DNA of 64,000 bases, from positions 3,038,001 through 3,102,000 of the forward strand of contig CM030336.1 in assembly GCA_017654855.1 (NCBI GenBank), read 5' to 3'. Positions 36,931 to 49,517 of the stretch are shown here, piece after piece; position 1 is the stretch's first letter; each line of letters begins with the position of its first letter. The DNA comes from Podospora anserina. Taxonomy: Eukaryota. The notes under the pieces are model-generated. The model worked only from the letters and a program-made list of their open reading frames with translations. It did not search any database and had not been told where the DNA came from. The translations under genes and the position numbers were made by a program.

Positions 36931-37643
36931 TTACGCTGCCTTTCTCCCGTCTTCCGTCTCCAACCAGGTCTTGACCGGCTCCCCAATCCATTCCACACAC
37001 GCCCTGAATCCCTCGTCCCCGACCCCCTTCAAATGGGGGACACTCCCCAGCACCCGTCCGTACCCGTCCTTCATCATGGGGTCTGCCCCAGACTCGAGGA
37101 GGAGCTTCACTATTCGGGCATCACCAAGCGGCACGGCAAAGTGCAAAGGCGCCATTCTCATCCCGTGAGGGGGCTGGCTCCGTTGGGGCCGCAGCCTGTG
37201 TCTCGGAGGAGCAGTCTGGCAATCTCGAGACGGTCGTCATTGTCCTTTGGTCAGAGGGTGAGGGGGATGAGCAGGTCGGCGGACTGGCTTGGGTCGAGGG
37301 TGTAACCGCCAGTGGACTTGTTCGCCGAGGCCATCTTTTGCAGGGAGAAGGCTTGGAACCACTGCTGGCACTGGGAGAGGGTGGGAAACGGGCCGTCGAG
37401 GGTGCCCTCTCTGCCTTTGTGGAAGCGGATGACGGCGTCGATGGCGCTCGCTTTAGAGAGAAAGGCTTCGAGGTGGGCAGGGGAGATGTTGGTGGTGTGG
37501 CGGCGACATGTGTGCTTGAGCTTGGTGGTGATGAAGTCTTGGGTTGTGAGGTTGAGGGACTCGAGGTAGAAGGTCTCGCGGGTGACGTCCTTGTTTGGGA
37601 AGAGACTTTTGAGGGTTCACTCGATGATGAGGCGGTCTGACAT
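36931..37643 (-). pseudogene. Ankyrin-repeat gene pseudogene
   Basis: ATG 37643. In-frame TGA at 37617-37619, 37251-37253 and 37158-37160. RLEIARLLLRDTGC, then a frameshift to APLHFAVPLGDARIVKLLLESGADPMMKDGYGR. Confidence 0.7.
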
Positions 37644-38287
37644 TTTGTAGAGGCGCGGTATGAGAAATCTGGAGGGAAAGATGGTGTAGGCAAGGTAGGC
37701 TTGATCAGACTTGAATGGTTGACTATCTGTGTGTATAAGCACGCTTCACAGGCAACCATCCTGCCCGGACACCTGTTGAAGCTGTCGCGGTTGAATAAGC
37801 TCATTTGAGGGCTCTTACACACAGTCATGGTCTCAATGCTCTTGCACGTGTTGGCATTCCAGTACTGCCACCTTAAGCTCAATCTCAACTGTCTTCCAAA
37901 CCCAGCCTGTCAAGCTCTTGTTGTAACATCACACCAGAACTCTGGACTATCTCAGAGCCAAGCAGGCTGAACAGCAACAAAGTTCCCCACCAAGGCCACT
38001 TCTTACCAAATGTTGACCACCGCTGTAGACTATTGCTTACCTTCCCTCCAAATGGGCGCGTTCCTGCATGATGCTAGAGCCAAACGAGCAATAATACTGC
38101 ATAATCACCTCGCAGTAGAGCGGGGGAAGCCATTTGACACCTACCATCTCAAGGATGCATACCTGCCTTTACATCACTACAACAATCACCCTTCCTCCCC
38201 TCCTCCCTTTTTTTCCTTCCCCACCACCACCATCCATCCCCCCTTTCCCTCTGCTCCTCCCAAAAATCAAACCCGCCACCGTCCAAA

Positions 38288-39064
38288 ATGGCCCCCCGAT
38301 CCCAATACGACCCCATAGCAACCCAGTACACCTCGTACACCACCGTCCCCGACATGCGGCTCGAAGCCTCCCTCGTCCGTACCGCCCTCGGCCCCTGCCA
38401 GCCCACCGACATTATCCTCGACCTCGGAGGCGGCAGCGGCCTCCACGCCCGCACCGCAGTCGACCTCGGCGCCGGCCGCGTCGACGTCGTGGACATCTCC
38501 CCCGAAATGCTCCTCGCCGGCCGGCAAATTGAGGAGTCCCTCGGCCGGACCGACCGCCGCATCCGCTACATCCATTCCGACGTCACCAAGCCCCTCCCCC
38601 CTCACCTCGCAGAACAGAAATACGACGTCGTCATGGCGAATTGGGTGCTGGATCACGCCGAGAGTATGGACGACCTGATTGGGATGTGGAGAAACATCGC
38701 GTCTGCGCTGAAGCCGGGGGGGAGGTTTGTGAACGTGAGGGTGAGGTGCTTGCGGGCGGGGTATTTGACTCGAGGAAAATACGGGGTGGTGTTTAGCGAC
38801 TTTGAAGAGATCGTCACCGGCGGGCCGGGGTGGAGGTATAATGTTAGTTTTCGGCTGGACGGGGTGCCGGTTGTGTTTGAGGCTACGTCTATGGAGGCGA
38901 CGTTGGGGTTGGATCACAGCATACCTGAGAGCATGGGGATGGGGGGGTGGGGGATTGTGCCGTTGGAGGAGGATGAGGTGGTCAAGGGGGATAGGGAGTA
39001 TTGGGCTGATCATGTCGGGGAGCCGTCGTTTGTGGTTGTGGTGGGAAGGAAGCTGGGGGGGTAG
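38288..39064 (+). CDS. Class I SAM-dependent methyltransferase
   Basis: ILDLGGGSG (motif I), VDISPEML, YDVVMANWVLDHA, LKPGGRFV. Confidence 0.92.
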   Translation: MAPRSQYDPIATQYTSYTTVPDMRLEASLVRTALGPCQPTDIILDLGGGSGLHARTAVDLGAGRVDVVDISPEMLLAGRQIEESLGRTDRRIRYIHSDVTKPLPPHLAEQKYDVVMANWVLDHAESMDDLIGMWRNIASALKPGGRFVNVRVRCLRAGYLTRGKYGVVFSDFEEIVTGGPGWRYNVSFRLDGVPVVFEATSMEATLGLDHSIPESMGMGGWGIVPLEEDEVVKGDREYWADHVGEPSFVVVVGRKLGG

Positions 39065-39289
39065 AGTTGGGTTCCACTGTGTCACGGATTTCACTCCCTA
39101 GAGCACACCCGGTTCGATAAAGGCAAGAACAGCTAACCGTTCCGTATATCCCTCCTGATCAATCTCGCCATGAAAATGCCTCTGATCTCTATGAAAATCG
39201 AAAACACCATCGAGGTCCAAGCACTTCACCCCGTGACCAAACCGTAGCTGTAAGCCCAACCTCCCACTGCTCCCTCCATCAAATCACAC

Positions 39290-39400
39290 GGTGAGATGGC
39301 CGAGCGGTCTAAGGCGCCACGTTAAGGTCTTCCTTAATCAACATCTACGAGTTAGATTCCGTGGTCCGAAAGGGCGTGGGTTCGAATCCCACTCTCATCA
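39290..39400 (+). tRNA. tRNA-Leu(AAG) with intron
   Basis: Acceptor stem GGTGAGA/TCTCATC-A; D arm GGCCGAGCGGTCTAAGGC; anticodon stem CCACG/CGTGG with TT-AAG-G; intron ~39328-39358; long variable arm; T loop GTTCGAATCC; T-run terminator follows. Confidence 0.95.
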
Positions 39401-39849
39401 TACATTTTTGCGCCGATCACACCCTATGCGGCATTTTTTTTTTCGGTCGGCTAATTCCGAGGAGGCCTCAAATTCCGGTAGCGTACTTTGAGCAAAGACC
39501 TCCTCCACCAACATCATGATGAGCAGTCTTCTAGGTGGCCATCACAACATGCACGAGAAAACAGTTGCCAGCATAATATGTATTGCCAATCTACAGGTGC
39601 TACATACTGGTACCGGAGACATGTTGACTGCAGAGCAGCTCTGTACCATGTCTTGAAATTCTCTTTTCCTCCTTGCTGCAACGTGAAATGCAAATGGGAG
39701 TAACCACCAGGACCAACCATCTCCTCCTCCTCCTCGGCCTCCAGACCCGCACATCCCTTGGTCTTTTCCCCTAACCCCTCATAATCGCACAAAACACGAT
39801 CATCAGCGCGAGACACGACCATCACCCGGGGCTTCCCGCCCCTTTTTAG

Positions 39850-42800
39850 TCAATCCCGTCCGGTATCCGGAAGGCGGCTCTCCGAGGACTCATACCCGCT
39901 GCTCAAATATTCACCAAACACTCTCTCCTCAATGTCCAGATCCTTCCACTGCTTACCCGTGGTCTTCTTGGCCGTGCGGCGGAAGTACACGCGCTTACCA
40001 AACTTCCACAGCTCGACACCAGCAAAGAAAAGACCAGCCGCAATGAAGACGATGCCCCACTCCCACGTAATTCCGACGTGCTTGAAGACCTTGGTGTTGA
40101 GCACGGGAATGTACACGACAGGGAAGAGCGTGACGAAGCCACCGACGATGGCCCAGAAGAGGAACTGGTTTCTCCAGACGTCGTGGAACCACTGGGTAAA
40201 GTACTTGGTGCTGCCGGGCTGCATGCGGAAGAAGGACCGGCGCATGTCGACCAACTCCCAAGCCAGGAACAGGGCGAACCAGGTGAGGCAGGCAAAGGTG
40301 GTGGCGCGAGCCTTGAAGACAGTTTCGCAGGCCTCGGAATACTCCTCGTTGCAACGCTCGCCCAAGCTGCCGTCGCCCCAAGCGTACACTCTGAGCACGA
40401 AGGAAGCCAAGCACAAAGCGGCAATCCAGAGACCGTACACAACCATATCCACGCAAAACTCGAGGGTGAAGATGCCCGTCTTGAGGCTCTGTGGAGGACG
40501 GCGCATGATATCGGGAACGGCGCGCTCAAAACCAAGACCCATGTCGGGAAGACCAGAGGTGACCATGATGATCCAGACGATTTCGACAGGTGCGAGAGGG
40601 AAAACGGAGAGGCCAGAACGATCCTTGAAGGCGAGACCGATGAGGAGGGTACCGGCCTGGGCGATGTTCTCAGCAAGCACGTGAAGCACAAACTTTTGGA
40701 TATTGTCAAAGATACGGCGGCCCTCCTCAATGGCAGCGACGATGGAGGCAAAGTTGTCATCAGTGAGCACAATGTCGGAAGCATCCTTGGCAACATCGGA
40801 ACCGGACTCGCCCATGGCGATACCAACGTCGGCGCGCTTGAGGGAGGGAGAATCATTCACACCATCACCAGTCTAATACTCTGTTAGCGAAAACTGGAAG
40901 GCAAAAACAGCAGAAAAAGAAACGACATACCATTGCGCAGAACTTGCCGCGGCGGTGCAAGGCATCAATCATGCGAACCTTGGTGCTGGGGGCGCAACGA
41001 GCAATGACCAGGGGCAGCACGGGGAGCTTATCAACCGCCTCGTCGCTCAAAGCATCAAACTCGGAGGCCGTCATCACCATGCAGGCGGCCACGTCGGCGC
41101 TAACCCGCTCCATTCTCCTGGGCAGGATACCGACTTCAATAGCGATCGCCTTGGCCGTCTCCGGGTGGTCACCAGTAAGCATGTGCACGGAAATGCCGGC
41201 CTCGTGGCACTCGCGCACAGCAGGGGCAGATTCCGCACGAGGGGGATCATAGAGACCAATCAAGCCACGGAAAGTGAGGTCCTGCTCGACCTGTTCACGG
41301 GGGGTGTCCTCGGTGAACTGGGCACCGGCAGGCAGCTTCCTTCCGGCAAGAGCCAGCACACGCAGACCCTGGGAGGCAAATGTTTCCATGTTGCGCAGGA
41401 TCTGCTGGCGGAACTCGTCGGTCATTTCTACCTCGGAGCTCTCGCCATCGGCCGCATCGCTGTCGCAGTACCGGGTGCAAACACCAATCACTCTCTCGAC
41501 GGCACCCTTGGTGAAGGCCCAGTGCTCGTTCGTGGTGGTGTGCTCCATAATCACACTCATGCGCTTGACATCGCTGTCAAAGGGGAACTCGGCCACCTCC
41601 TTCCACTCGGGCTTGTCACCGTTCATGACGTCGAGCCTGTTTCTGTTGAAGCGGCTGGCAAACACCTGGATGGCAATCTCGGTAGGGTCGCCGCGAGCGT
41701 GCCAGTCGCCATCCTTCTCAAAGACGGTGGCGAGGTTGGCCAGCGAGGCGATGGTGAGGAATTCGTGAAGGCGAGCCTTGCTGTCGGAGAGGAGCTGCTG
41801 GATCTTGGTGATGGGGCCCTTGGGGTTAGTCGATTCGTCATCCTTTTCAGACTGCGAGCCGAAGTTGATCTCGTGGGGCTGCTTCTGAACAAAGCGAATG
41901 TCGCCTTGGGTGGGGTTAAAAGGCTGGCTGGAGGTAAGCTCGACAGTGTAGGTGCCCATTCCGGGGATCCAGGCGCCACGCGCCACCATCTTGCCTTGAG
42001 TGAGGGTACCGGTCTTGTCACTGCAGATATCGGTGACGGCACCCAAAGCCTCGAGAGCCTTGAGGTTACGAACAATGACGTTGCGCGCAACCATGCGCTT
42101 GGTGCCAGCAGCCATGGTGATGGTGAGGACGACAACCAACGAGGCGGGAATCATGGAAAGACCAGTGGCCACAGCGTAGATGATGACTTCTTTCGGGGTG
42201 CGCATCTCGTTGGCACCAAGCACAATGATGGCGCAGACGACGGCAATGCCAAACAGAAGCATGGCAAGCTTGCTGAGCTTTCGCTGCAGCGGAGTACCCA
42301 CGTTGACACCGAGGAAGCGACCAACGGCATCACCGAGGGTCAGCGTGTAGGCTTCGAGATAACGATGGGGACCGGCCTTGCCATTCGGCTTGCGCTTGAC
42401 GGGGCGGACACGCGAGTCCTTCTTGTTCAGGGCGGAGGCAATGGCACCAATCTCGGTGAAGGTGCCTGTCGCGAACACAATGCCCTTGGCACGGCCCTTA
42501 GTGACGGTGGAACTGCTGTAGGCAACATTGAGGCGATCGCCGGGGCCGGTGTTGTCGTCAAAAACGTCGTCGACACGCTTGCGAACGGGGAGGGATTCGC
42601 CAGTGAGAAGGGCTTCGTCGGTCTCAAAGTTCTTGGCTTCGATCAAACTGTTGGGCCAAGTCAGCATTCATGTGATTTGCACGTGCTTTCTTGCGGCAGC
42701 GGGGTTCTCGCACCGAATATCGGCGGGGATGGTGTCACCCATCTTGACTTCAACCAAATCGCCGGGAACGAGCTCGCCAGAAGGCACAACGGTGGCCTCA

Positions 42801-43299
42801 CTGCCACGGATAACAGAGGCGGTAGGCGAGGACAGCGAACGGAGGGAGTCCATGGTCTTCTCAGCAGAGTACTCCTGGAAAAAACCGACGACGACATTGA
42901 GCAAAATGACAAAGGCAACGACAGCACCCTCAATATGGGAGCCAATTCCAAAACTGACAGCCATGGCCAGGATAAGCACCTAATTTCTCATCAGCATGTA
43001 TTACCCAGTTTACCTCGTTTGTTTCGTTGGGAGCCTACCATGGTCATGGCATTGGCAACCTGAGCAATGACAATCTTGAGAGGCTGAACGCCCTCACCCT
43101 CACCAAGCTCATTGCGTCCAAACTCCTTGATGCGGCTCTGGGCCTCGGCGGCGGTCAAACCGGAGAGGGTATCGGCATTGAGTTCGTGGGCAACCTGTTG
43201 GTGAGACAGAGCATGGGCCGGGCGACTCAATGGCTTGTTGGACTGGCCCGAGATGTGCCCGCCACCCGAAGCTTTTTCGGGGTCCGCAGGTTGCGACAT
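39850..43299 (-). CDS. ena1: ENA-type (P2D) Na+/K+-exporting P-type ATPase
   Basis: LTGES, MIPASL, CSDKTGTLTQGKM, FDSDVKRMS, KGAVE, DPPR, MLTGD, TGDGVNDSPSL, MGLGFE. Three introns. Confidence 0.95.
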
Positions 43300-43649
43300 G
43301 TTGGAAAGTGCGTTGGGTCTAACCAGACCTCGGAGGGGGGGGGGTCTGCGTAGGTGTCGACGGGGGTGGGGCGAGCTCGATACCGTCAGGTGTGTCTGTC
43401 TGTGTTTGGAGTTGAGAATCTAGAAGTAGGGACGAAGGGACGAAGGAGGGTCTTCAGACGGGCGGGAGACCATGACGTGTTATACGACTTTTGCTTCTTC
43501 ACCGAATGCCATCTCCGGCTTCCTAGCGCAATCCACGAACCGAACGGAGGCAAACCTGGAGAGCAAGATAGCCACTAAGGTTCCTGGAAGAGACATCCTT
43601 GCCTGTGGGTTCTGTCCACGGATGGAAGGTCCAACCTCGATGTGCAGCC

Positions 43650-44314
43650 CTTGGCGGGCTCGGCAGTGCTTGGCGCTAGTGGGGACTGCCGGGGATGAAG
43701 GGACTTGGGTTTCGTCACTGGCGAGGTTCAAGAGTCAAGACCACCCTGCTGCTGTTGGTCAATTTCTGCCCTGATATTGGCCAATAGTCCCCCAGTGGGG
43801 GATGGTTTGCTCATGCGTCATGTTCGGAATCTTTGGGGATCAACTGGATCGGAGGGGGGCGATCAAATGTCGTCATGTCACCTTGTCAGCGCGGGGGAAG
43901 TCGGTGGGAGGTTGGTGGTGGCCTAGCTGTCTAGGCGTTTGAGATGCCGAGAGCCATCCGTCCGCAAACAACAAAGACAGTTCGTTGGTCGCGTGCCGGG
44001 CGGTGGGAGTTCAAGAGGACAAAGACGGAACACGGAAGAGGCAGGAAGTGTGGGAGCCAAGCCAAGGCTCGCGTGAGAAGGCTCAGGCTCGGCGCTGGCT
44101 GACAGCCAAAGAGCTTCACACGTGCAGGTTGGTGTTTCTGGAGCCAATATTTTTTTTTCTGAAGGGTTCACCGCTGTAGCCAGCTTTTGTTGGGTTTTTT
44201 TGGCGGGGATAAGAGCTGGGCTGCCAAGCCCCGATAAGGATTCCGGGCCTCCCCGCTAGTATCAGACACCACCAGACACACTCCCTTAAACCGACCTCAG
44301 CCGGGTATGCCAGG
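43650..44314. promoter_or_regulatory. Six PacC/Rim101 consensus sites (GCCARG) upstream of the ENA ATPase
   Basis: CTTGGC 43650 and 43669; GCCAAG 44056, 44061, 44223; GCCAGG 44309. Confidence 0.7.
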
Positions 44315-45281
44315 CGACAAGACGGCAAAGATCTGGGGTCGCACTGGTCGGTGTCTGCACGTGGATGGAGGCTCAGCAACTCCCGACAGCAAGCCGTGCA
44401 AACCCCTTTTTTGGCCTGCAGAAAGGGGCAGGTGTTGATCTGTGTTCCTGGATTATTCTCCATTCTGGAGACATGCTGGAGACATTCTGGAGTCGATGCA
44501 GCACTGCGCCTTCCTGGGAAGGAAACTCATGCCGTGGAGACCCCGCTACTAACGCTTGCAAAAAGTCTTGTTTAAAGAATGCATGCGATGCCACACTGCA
44601 GTCCGCGCGCGTGCTTCCCTGCCACATTGGGATGCCATCTCTGGTCTCTGCCTGCGCCTATCAGATATCTATCCGTCGCGTCTGCCTGTGACCTGTCAAC
44701 TGAATAGACATTAAAAGAGGACTGCCTAGATAGATCAGATCATGTCGGGTTCAGAAGCAGCGTCAGATGAATATCATGATAATTAGCGCAGCTTCTGACC
44801 ACCAGATAAAGAATGAAAAAAATAAAATAAAATAAATCTTCATCACGAGAAGCAAATGCAGCCAGAGACACCGTCACATGGCAGATGGATTGGCAGACAG
44901 GGCTCTTTCCACCGCTCCAATCACAACACACCATGGCATGCGTGCCAACCCGCCGAGCCCGCGTTAAGTGCTTGTTTCCGAGACCAGTCATCTACCTCAC
45001 CCACTGGCTTCAAATTCTCGATTGCTGACACGAACTGTTTGAAGGTCGAAACAGGATCTGGGTGTAACGGAGACACGGAGATAATTTAGATCGCCCGCCG
45101 TGCCACCCGGCATTTTCGATGACCAGTTTTCTTGCTCTGAGGCGGCAGACACCACAGCTCCCCGCGTGAGATGGGCTTTCTTCACAGCTAACTTGAGATA
45201 AGAGGTGAAAGAGTACAAAAATAAAATACAAGTACCTAAAAGAATCATGCTGAGACTGGGGACTACATGCTTATATTGATT

Positions 45282-45353
45282 TGCGGCCATCGGGAATCGA
45301 ACCCGACTCTAATGCTTGGAAGGCATTAATGCTAACCACTACACCATGGCCGC
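45282..45353 (-). tRNA. tRNA-Gly(TCC)
   Basis: Reverse complement GCGGCCATGGTGTAGTGGTTAGCATTAATGCCTTCCAAGCATTAGAGTCGGGTTCGATTCCCGATGGCCGCA; 72 nt; anticodon arm AATGC-CTTCCAA-GCATT. Confidence 0.95.
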
Positions 45354-45616
45354 TGATGATTTGTTGAAGTCCCTCCATTGGTGTTGGGCATCGTGAGCTC
45401 CACTGAATGGGTCTTTGGGTGAATCATCCCAACGAGCGAAACCTATGGGATGCGTAAAGGATCTTACTCGCCTCGTAGACTTGTGTTTCAAATGATCAGG
45501 GTGTGTGGATACAAAGTTTCATGACATCCCGCACTTTGTCGTCAACAAGCACATTGTTCAGCACCGAAGACCAGGGTTAGGAGCATCTTCTACATCCATG
45601 TGCAACCAATCACCAG

Positions 45617-45709
45617 GCCCGATTAGCTCAGCTGGTTAGAGCGTCGTACTAATACTAGCAATAGCATCAAGTCATGCGAAGGTCAACAGTTCAATCCTGT
45701 TATTGGGCA
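45617..45709 (+). tRNA. tRNA-Ile(AAT) with intron
   Basis: Acceptor GCCCGAT/ATTGGGC-A; D arm AGCTCAGCTGGTTAGAGC; TCGTA-CT-AAT-A[intron]A-TGCGA; T arm AACAG-TTCAATC-CTGTT; T-run downstream. Confidence 0.93.
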
Positions 45710-45738
45710 CTATTTTTTGTCATTTTTATTTTTGCATT

Positions 45739-47022
45739 TTATTTTCTCTGGATGACACTATACATGATACATCCATCACCTACGCTTCTACCAATTCCTA
45801 TCTTCTTTGCCTCTGATAAATTAGTTTTTCTCACTCTCTCTTCTTCTTCGCCCCTCCAGCATTCCGCAACCTCCACACTGCCCTCGCCACGACAAACCAC
45901 TGTTTTGATCTCGTCAGCATAAATTCAATCAATAAGAGAAGAAAAAGAACTCACAATAAGAACCAACCCAACCCCAGCAGCAACACCAACAAACCTATCC
46001 ACCCCCTCCAACACCCTCCCCTCCAAGTTCAGGCCCCTCCCCCTCGTCGCCTTGACCTTGGCCTCGTGCGGCCACTTGGGGTTGTCCAACGTCCCATAAT
46101 CGGCCGGGTCATCGCTCCCAAACTCAAAGTCGATCCCGTACCCGCCAGGGAGATACGCCCCCGGGGCGCTGTAGTCGTAAAAGTTTTGGTGGAGCTCCAG
46201 CAGGAAATACAGCCACTCTACCACCGTGGCCAGCTGGACGAGCGCCTTCCAACCTGGAGTCACGGGGTCGGAGGGTTGGGAGGCATCGACGAGGGAGAGG
46301 ACGATGCCTGATAGGAGGAGCTGGATGCCTGGGGAGAGGAGGGCTGTCAGGGAGGTGACGTTTGTGGAGTTTAGCAGGGCGTAGGTGAGTGTCCCGAGAA
46401 GGATGAGCGTTCCATGCAGGAGGAGGTAAGGGGGGAGAGGGGGGGAGAAATCTTCGTTGAGGGTTTTACGCAGGGAGGAAGAAACCATGGAGGGGTTTCC
46501 GGGGGGGAAGTCAGGGGATGTTGGCGGGGTGGTGAAGGAGTAGACGTCTTGTTGGTCGTCTTGGAGGTAGTAAAAGTTCTCTGAAAATGATTCGACTTCT
46601 TCTTCTTCCGGCTCGTCTTCTTCAATGGGGGGAAGGCCGGTGGGTAGGAGCTCGTCCGGGACGGTGGCGAATCGGAAGGGGTCGTCGTTGTCAGTGTTGG
46701 AGTCGTCGTCCTTGGGTTTGGGGAGGTCGGGTTTCTTTTCCTCCCCTTGCGTCTGAGGCTTCGGTTTCGGCTTCTCCCCGGGTTTGACATTGGGATTCTT
46801 ATGCGCGTCTTCTTCCACCACCTCGGGCTTCTTGTCCTCTGCGGCCTCGGGCTTCTTCTGCTGGCCCTCTTCAAATTTCACCCGCGTCCCCTTGGAGTTG
46901 TTTCCCGTTTGGGACCCCACTGACGAGCGACGGTGAATTGGGCTTGTCGTGGCAGTCGGGCTTGTAGTGGCCGGGTTGGAAGGGACTGGGATCCCGGAGG
47001 GCTTGTCTTTTGCTGAACTCAT
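45739..47022 (-). CDS. Hypothetical membrane protein with disordered charged N-terminus and about 4 TM segments
   Basis: Long ORF MSSAKDKPSGIP...; hydrophobic segments YLLLHGTLILLGTLTYALL, IQLLLSGIVLSLV, FVGVAAGVGLVLI|WFVVARAVW; GTGAGT..GCTGAC..CAG intron ~45900-45955. Confidence 0.65.
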
Positions 47023-47612
47023 GGTGAACAAGGATCCAGTTGTTGCAAGTAGGTGAGGATCCGATGAATTGTGTACAGCTGATCAATTTGATCACGCCAA
47101 GGGGGACAGACAGCACTGGTTTAAAAAGGTAGGGACAGGAATCTGAGGCCGGATGCGGCATGGAAGCATGGTGTTGATGTCATGAACAAAGGGGTGTCAA
47201 CATTTGCGGATGTCAATGACGTGAATGAATTCTCGCAAGTGAAAAGGAGAATTTCATTGTTCGATTTGATCCAGTCTGCAATCTGTGACTTGGATGATTG
47301 TTCTAATACAATTGATGCAGGGCAGAATGAAGTTGTTTGGGTGGCCCATGGGAGGGAAGGAACTTCATTGCAAGCCCTGGTTGTGTCCGAAACAAGGAGA
47401 GGAAGCACACCATGCTATTGTTGGTTTTTGTTGATACGGGAAAGCTGTTACAGGATCACAAGTTCATATACATACAGGAAAACACAGAGCTATTGAAAAA
47501 AAAAAGAAATACTTATTACCTTCTTATTAAAAATTGACTAATTGTAAAAGTCGTGATCAGAACATTACCTTACGCCCCAGTGGAGAGAGATTCATCAGAT
47601 GCTTACTAGACA

Positions 47613-48416
47613 CTAAAAAGCAGTGAGGTTCCTTACCTGGATATCTACCACGCCCTTGCCAGTACGGGTCCGCCTGCGGGCAGCAAGGTGGACATGATTC
47701 TGCAAAGTGCAGTGAAACCACTTATACCTCTTGGATCTCATGCTGATATCAATGTAGATTGTCTTGAGTTTAGGGCACGCATCGCCATCCCAAAGCCACT
47801 GAATCTGACGGCAGACGACAGCATCGTCTATCTCCGGCTTCCAGTAGATGGCTACAGAGGTGATGTTGGCCAGATAGCCGGTGGCAGGCAAGTCTGGAAC
47901 AAGAAGAGGGTACCGGCGCCGCCAGTGACCAACACTGTCCACGGTTTCAAAAGTAAGTTGAGTGAATGGTTCAGGAACTTCTGGCTCTTCGGGCTCAGAA
48001 GTATCCATGTCTTCAGCGTCGGTGGGTGGCTCGGAAGTATCTATAGCGTGGATGGGTGATATGACCAGCATATCTTGAGATGCATCAAACAGAGGGAATG
48101 GGCCACGATTTTCAGATTCAAGATCCTTCTTGTGGAGGCGCACTGCAGTCTTGTTAGCTTCGTAGCAAGAGCTGGCAATGGCTGAAACACGAGACCAGGA
48201 TTGAGTGAAGCTGAGAGGGGAGGGGTTCAGACTTAGCAACGACTGACCAAATGCTGCCAAGTTCGGAATTGGACCGTAGATGGGTCTGAGTTGGCCGAGG
48301 GAATGATGCCCCGAGTTCATGGTGAGGAAGTGAGTGTTGGGCTCGGAGAGAGCCAACTCCCAGATCACCCATTGAATCTCAGTAGGAAGCCGCGTGAATT
48401 GGGGGAACGAGGCCAT
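47613..48416 (-). CDS. 2EXR-domain (F-box-like) protein
   Basis: MASFPQFTRLPTEIQWVIWELAL...SSCYEA...FDASQDML, matching the F..F..LP.EI...IW 2EXR pattern. Confidence 0.7.
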   Translation of the reverse strand: MASFPQFTRLPTEIQWVIWELALSEPNTHFLTMNSGHHSLGQLRPIYGPIPNLAAFGQSLLSLNPSPLSFTQSWSRVSAIASSCYEANKTAVRLHKKDLESENRGPFPLFDASQDMLVISPIHAIDTSEPPTDAEDMDTSEPEEPEVPEPFTQLTFETVDSVGHWRRRYPLLVPDLPATGYLANITSVAIYWKPEIDDAVVCRQIQWLWDGDACPKLKTIYIDISMRSKRYKWFHCTLQNHVHLAARRRTRTGKGVVDIQVRNLTAF

Positions 48417-49517
48417 CTTGTTGATAAAAGTGCTGGTTCTGTTAGTATAGGTGGTGGGGGTGGTGGGGGTGGTGATGGTGATGTTGCTGTTCTTGTTAGT
48501 GAAGGTGATGATGATAATGATGATGATGGTCTGGAATGGAAGTGAGGGAGACTTATGGTTAAATATCGCATAAGAAGCAGCACATATTGTGTTGTGATTA
48601 AACCAGTTGTCTTGGTTACAGAACTCGACAAGGCCTGTTTCTTTCTCCATTGTGTTGAACTAGTCCGCGACAATGGCATTGTCTTGCATAGATTTATAGT
48701 GTCCAGAGAACAATTCTGAGAGCTAGGTATGTTACTGATGGCCGATGCTCCCGAGGAGTTGCAATTTTGGAGAACGCATCAGCGAAATCGGACATTTTTC
48801 ACTTATCAACAGGATCCACTGGAATACGCCATGGTCTAACCAGTTTCCGACAAGTGCTGCTTCTAGCTCCGTGAATGATCCGGGAATAACGCACATTGCA
48901 AGGTACTCCGGGCCGAGCACCATCATGACAAAGCAGCCGACACTACGGGAAAACTTTGCAACGCACTTGTATGCTTCAACCTCTTGTAACTTGGACCCAG
49001 CGACTATGAAAACACTCCCAGATTTGTCAGGACATTGCGTCAACTCGGCCCTCGGTGTTGATCGCGTAAATTGACCCAATGTACCTACGGAAGGTTCCTT
49101 GTTGTCGGCCATGCCTATCTATCGGATCACGGTCGGGTCTGGGGCAAACGGTTTGACTCTATTCCCGGCCGGGGTGCGCCGTTATGGAACCAACGACTTC
49201 CTGCCGAGACGGCCCCACAGAGACCAAGGATTGAAAGTCGGTGACTGATGAAGTCGATGACTGATAAAAAAGCTAAGAAAAAATTAGGACCGACCAAATC
49301 CCGACGCCCTTTGCAGGACATATATGCCCAAGCAGCTTTCCGTTGACTGTTCCTACATTGCAGCTTGTGTTACCTTTCGATCAAAACAATAAATAGGGGT
49401 TCAAGGGGTATCTTAACAGCAACACCAACCTTGGCAACCGGAAGATAACGAAAGAAACCGGAAAACGGCATCCTATCCTCACAAAAGCCCAACAGCGACG
49501 TCGTTAACACCACAGCC

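Noticed and set aside
40955-43063. 702-aa plus-strand ORF
   Set aside because: Antisense shadow of the codon-biased ENA ATPase; no recognisable motifs.
48732-49112. 126-aa minus-strand ORF
   Set aside because: No recognisable motif or codon bias; cannot support it as a gene.
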